From Gemmatimonadaceae bacterium (GTDB taxonomy: Bacteria; Gemmatimonadota; Gemmatimonadetes; Gemmatimonadales; Gemmatimonadaceae): a DNA stretch of 39,815 nucleotides. Made by a program: the position numbers and the translations under genes. The first letter of the stretch is position 1, and each line of letters starts with the position of its first letter. The stretch covers positions 1 to 39,815 of the forward strand of contig CAXRBM010000082.1 of the NCBI GenBank assembly GCA_964228675.1, in the 5' to 3' direction. The notes under the pieces are model-generated. The model worked only from the letters and a program-made list of their open reading frames with translations. It was not told the origin of the DNA and searched no databases. Below are positions 36,509 to 39,815 of the stretch, piece by piece.

Positions 36509-39022
36509 ATGGCCGCATCCCGTCTCCCTGAGCTCCTCGCCCCCGCCGGTACCCTCGAAGCCGTCCGCGCCGCCGTCGCGAACGGGGCCGATGCGGTCTA
36601 CTGCGGCGCCTCGCGCTTCAACGCGCGTGATGATGGGGCGCAGCTCACCCTCGACGAGCTCGAGCAGGCCTGCCTGATCGCGCATGAGCGCGGCGCACGG
36701 ATCTATCTCACGCTCAACGTGCTCATCAAGCCCGCCGAGCTCGCCGACGCCCTCCTCTACCTCGGCGAGTGCATCGACCGCGGGATCGATGCGGCGATTG
36801 TACAGGACCTCGGGTTGATCCGCGCCATCCAGCGCGCCTATCCGACCTTCGAGGTCCACGGCTCGACGCAGATGACGGTGCACGACGCCTCCGGCGCGCG
36901 CGTCATGGCACGGCTGGGGATCGATCGTGTGGTGCTCGCGCGTGAGAACACCCTCGAAGACATCCGCGCGATCCGCGAGGCGGTGCCCGGCCTCGGGCTC
37001 GAGACCTTCATCCATGGGGCGCTCTGCATCTCGTACTCGGGGCAGTGCTACATGTCGGGGATGATCTCCGAGCGCTCCGCGAATCGCGGGTCGTGCGCGC
37101 AGTCGTGCCGAAAGGACTATCTCCTGAACGACGCGGCGACCGGCGCGGAGCTCGATCGCGGCTACCTGATCTCGGCGCGCGACCTCGGCGCGTGGGAGCA
37201 CCTCCCGGCGATCGTCGAGGCCGGCGTGGGGTGCCTCAAGATTGAAGGGCGGAAGAAGAAGCCCGAGTTCGTCGCGACGGTGACGCGCGGCTATCGCCAG
37301 TTCCTCAAGGACATCCAGCGGGGCGTCTTCACCACCCCGACGGTGGAGGAGGTCCAGCCGCTGGTGCAGATCTTCTCGCGCGGCTTCACTGGTGGGATGT
37401 ATGGGGGGCGTGAGGGCCGTCATTACATCACACGCACCCAGCCCGACAACCGCGGCGTCGAACTCGGCGTCGTCGTCGGGAGCGGCGAGGGCGAGGTGAT
37501 CATCGAGGTCGCCGCGCCGATCGAGGCGGGGGATGGGCTCGGGTTCGAGCCGCCGGCGGGGGGGCATCTCGAGAGCATGGGGTTCGCGGCGGGCGCGGTG
37601 CGCACGCTCGCGCAGCCGCCAGGGATCTGGCGGCAGGCCGTCACCGCCCGACAGCGGGTGCCGATCGGGTGGCGTGTCGTGCGCAGTTCGCATGCGGCAC
37701 TCCTGGAGCGGGCGCGTGCGAGCTTCGCGCAGGTGGGGCGTGAGCCGCTGAAGCGGCGCACCCGACTCGACGTGCGGTGTTTCGGCTCGGCGGGATCACC
37801 ACTCAAGGCGATCGTCTCGACCGCGGACAGCGAGGTGGTGGTCCGGAGCGAGGTCGCGCTCGCGCCGGCGACCTCCCGTGCGCTCGAGGTCGCGCAGCTC
37901 CGCGAGCAGTTCGGCCGCCTCGGGGAGACCCCGTTCGCCCTCGGGGATCTCGACGCCGCCGGGCTCGGGGCAGGGCTCTTCCTCCCGGTGAGTGAGCTGA
38001 ACCGACTGCGCCAGGCAGCCGTCGATGAGCTGATGGTGCAGCGGGATTGGGCGCGTGAGAGTGAGCTCGAGACGCGTCGCCTGCTGGTCGATGAGGTCGT
38101 GCGAACGGTTCCGGGCACTGGGGTGCGCACCGAGGTCCCGTCCATGACCGTGCCGGCGACGGCATCGCGTCCGCAGCTCATCGCCGAGGTCTGGCGGATC
38201 GAGGATGCCGATGCCGCCCTGGCCGCCGGCGCCGACGAGATCGTCTTCGATCCCTTCCTTCGGCATCCCTTCCCAGCGGTGAGTGCCGTCTCATCCCTTG
38301 TCGAGCGCATCGCAGCGGCCGGGAAGTCCTCAAGGCTTCGGCTGCCGACCATCGTGCGCCCCGCCGACCGCAAGAAGCTCGACAAGTGGCTCGCACTCGG
38401 GACCCCGCTCCTGACCGGGCATGTCGGTCTCGTGCACGAACTCGGAAGCGCCGGACGTGACGTGGCCGCCGACTACGCGGTGAACTGCTTCAATGGGCAG
38501 ACCGCTGCAGAGCTCTTCGACCTCGGGGCGACCCGCATCACTCCGTCGATCGAGCTCACGACCGAGGAGATCGGCGATCTCGTGGCCCCGTGGCAGGGCG
38601 ATCGCTTCGATGTGGTCGTCTTCGGCCGTCCGGAGGGGATGACCCTCGAACACTGCGTGCTGAGCGCGGCCTTCGACCGCACCCCGACGCACTGCCGCGA
38701 TCTCTGCACCAAGCAGCACACCGACACACGGCTCACCGATCCGGCCGGGTACGTCTTCCCGGTCGCGACCGACTACGCCTGTCGGAATCGGCTCCTGCAC
38801 TCCCGTCCGATCGATGGCACGGAGTTCCTGCCGCGCCTCTGGGAGCAGGGGATCCGCGGGTTTCGCCTCCTCTTCAATCTGCCCACGGACGATGTGGGAG
38901 CGATCGTCGCCGGGTATCGCGCCGAGCTCGATGCCATCGCCGCCGGGGCGCGCCCGCAGCGCCGCGTCCGCGTCCTCCTCGGCGAGGGATTCACCCGCGG
39001 TCACTTCGCCCGCGCCGTCTGA
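36509..39022 (+). CDS. rlhA: peptidase U32 family protein with DUF3656, RlhA-like (23S rRNA ho5C2501 hydroxylation)
   Basis: PELLAPAG, GADAVY, HGSTQM, RVVLARE, ETFIHGALCISYSGQC...NRGSCAQSCR, LKIEGR, QFGRLGETPF (DUF3656-like), degenerate second U32-like C-terminal half. Confidence 0.75.
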   Translation: MAASRLPELLAPAGTLEAVRAAVANGADAVYCGASRFNARDDGAQLTLDELEQACLIAHERGARIYLTLNVLIKPAELADALLYLGECIDRGIDAAIVQDLGLIRAIQRAYPTFEVHGSTQMTVHDASGARVMARLGIDRVVLARENTLEDIRAIREAVPGLGLETFIHGALCISYSGQCYMSGMISERSANRGSCAQSCRKDYLLNDAATGAELDRGYLISARDLGAWEHLPAIVEAGVGCLKIEGRKKKPEFVATVTRGYRQFLKDIQRGVFTTPTVEEVQPLVQIFSRGFTGGMYGGREGRHYITRTQPDNRGVELGVVVGSGEGEVIIEVAAPIEAGDGLGFEPPAGGHLESMGFAAGAVRTLAQPPGIWRQAVTARQRVPIGWRVVRSSHAALLERARASFAQVGREPLKRRTRLDVRCFGSAGSPLKAIVSTADSEVVVRSEVALAPATSRALEVAQLREQFGRLGETPFALGDLDAAGLGAGLFLPVSELNRLRQAAVDELMVQRDWARESELETRRLLVDEVVRTVPGTGVRTEVPSMTVPATASRPQLIAEVWRIEDADAALAAGADEIVFDPFLRHPFPAVSAVSSLVERIAAAGKSSRLRLPTIVRPADRKKLDKWLALGTPLLTGHVGLVHELGSAGRDVAADYAVNCFNGQTAAELFDLGATRITPSIELTTEEIGDLVAPWQGDRFDVVVFGRPEGMTLEHCVLSAAFDRTPTHCRDLCTKQHTDTRLTDPAGYVFPVATDYACRNRLLHSRPIDGTEFLPRLWEQGIRGFRLLFNLPTDDVGAIVAGYRAELDAIAAGARPQRRVRVLLGEGFTRGHFARAV

Positions 39023-39079
39023 TCCTGCTCGCGTCGGTGTGATGCCACCGGCATCGACCATCGCCTCCAGCATCCGCTC

Positions 39080-39815
39080 ATGACGCGCCCCGCGCCGACC
39101 CTCGACGACGCCCGTCGCCTCCTCGCGGAGCGTTTCGGCTATCCCGACTTCCGTCCGGGGCAGTCCGAGGCGGTCGCCTCGGTGCTCGAAGGGCGGGACA
39201 CCCTCGTCGTCGTCCCGACCGGCGGCGGCAAGTCGCTCTGCTTCCAGGTCCCCGCGCTCGCCTTGGGTGGTCTCACCGTCGTTATCTCACCGCTGATCTC
39301 CTTGATGAAGGATCAGGTCGACGCCCTGCTCGCCCGCGGGCTCCCGGCCACCTACCTCAACAGCACCCTGTCCTCCTCGGAGATCTCCGCGCGCATGGCT
39401 CGCGTGCAGGCGGGGGAGATCCGTCTGCTCTCTCTGGCCCCCGAGCGCTTCGACCTCGGCACCCTCGCGCCGAAGCTCCGAGCTGTGGGGGTGACCCTCC
39501 TGGCCGTGGATGAGGCACACTGCATCAGCGAGTGGGGGCATGATTTCCGGCCAAGCTATCTGCGGGTCAAGCAGGTGCGCGAGCAGTTGGGGAATCCTCC
39601 GACCGTGGCCCTCACCGCGACGGCGACCCCAGAAGTTCGCGACGACATCGTCAAACAGCTCGGGCTCATCGATCCGCGGGTGATCATCTCCGGCTTCGAC
39701 CGGGTGAACCTCACCTATCATGTGGTAGCCACGAAGAACGACACCGCCAAAGATGCGACGTTGATCGAGCTGGTCCGGCAGCAGAAGGGGGACGGGGTCA
39801 CGATCGTCTATGCCT
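39080..39815 (+). CDS. recQ: ATP-dependent DNA helicase RecQ (3' truncated by window)
   Basis: Read directly because it is absent from the ORF track: FGYPDFRPGQ, PTGGGKSLCFQ, SPLISLMKDQV, VDEAHCISEWGHDFRPSY, ALTATAT. Confidence 0.94.
   Translation, partial: MTRPAPTLDDARRLLAERFGYPDFRPGQSEAVASVLEGRDTLVVVPTGGGKSLCFQVPALALGGLTVVISPLISLMKDQVDALLARGLPATYLNSTLSSSEISARMARVQAGEIRLLSLAPERFDLGTLAPKLRAVGVTLLAVDEAHCISEWGHDFRPSYLRVKQVREQLGNPPTVALTATATPEVRDDIVKQLGLIDPRVIISGFDRVNLTYHVVATKNDTAKDATLIELVRQQKGDGVTIVYA

Noticed and set aside
20966-39022. Functional clustering of rlmN (A2503) and rlhA (C2501), which modify neighbouring 23S positions
   Set aside because: They are about 14 kb apart on opposite strands with unrelated genes between; proximity is probably coincidental.
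39023-39079. SOS box or terminator upstream of recQ
   Set aside because: No TTCG-N7-TTCG match. There is only a short GATGCC/GGCATC hairpin without a U-tract and a weak CAGCAT -10-like hexamer.
1-39815. CRISPR arrays, tRNA/rRNA genes, IS elements, defence systems, cobalamin or purine riboswitches
   Set aside because: No repeat-spacer periodicity, transposase or nuclease motifs were seen, and intergenic gaps are too short for riboswitches. This was by-eye inspection only; a covariance-model search was not run.

Overview
GC-rich bacterial chromosomal window that looks like core genome. Gene content and order suggest Gemmatimonadota, which is an inference. I saw no integrase, transposase, phage or CRISPR signal. 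From left to right: tmRNA (5' end cut by the window edge, tag ANNNFALAA) and a DUF305 gene; a long minus-strand run truA, transaldolase-like, htrA, purB, purC, psd, pssA, purS, purQ, purL, purF, ppdK, tesB; lexA, divergent from a HEAT-repeat / HD-GYP / YqeK / LytR_C operon; rlmN, divergent from vanZ-like, aspS, phoH, ybeY, two CNNM/CBS genes, meaB, a B12 mutase large subunit, a methyltransferase, the B12-binding subunit, a carboxyltransferase, a saccharopine-dehydrogenase-like reductase, a P450, DinB, a U32/RlhA-like gene and recQ (truncated). The most notable observations are five. (1) The transaldolase homolog has lost essentially every catalytic residue. (2) Tandem TTCG-N7-TTCG direct repeats overlap the predicted lexA promoter and are a candidate SOS box. 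(3) The HEAT and HD-GYP proteins appear to share an unnamed N-terminal domain. (4) A GG-TAnnnT-N5-7-ATG leaderless-promoter signature recurs in front of truA, rlmN, the B12 subunit and the U32 gene. (5) The mutase carries isobutyryl-CoA-mutase (Phe/Gln) rather than methylmalonyl-CoA-mutase (Tyr/Arg) specificity residues. All calls come from reading motifs by eye; no database search was run.
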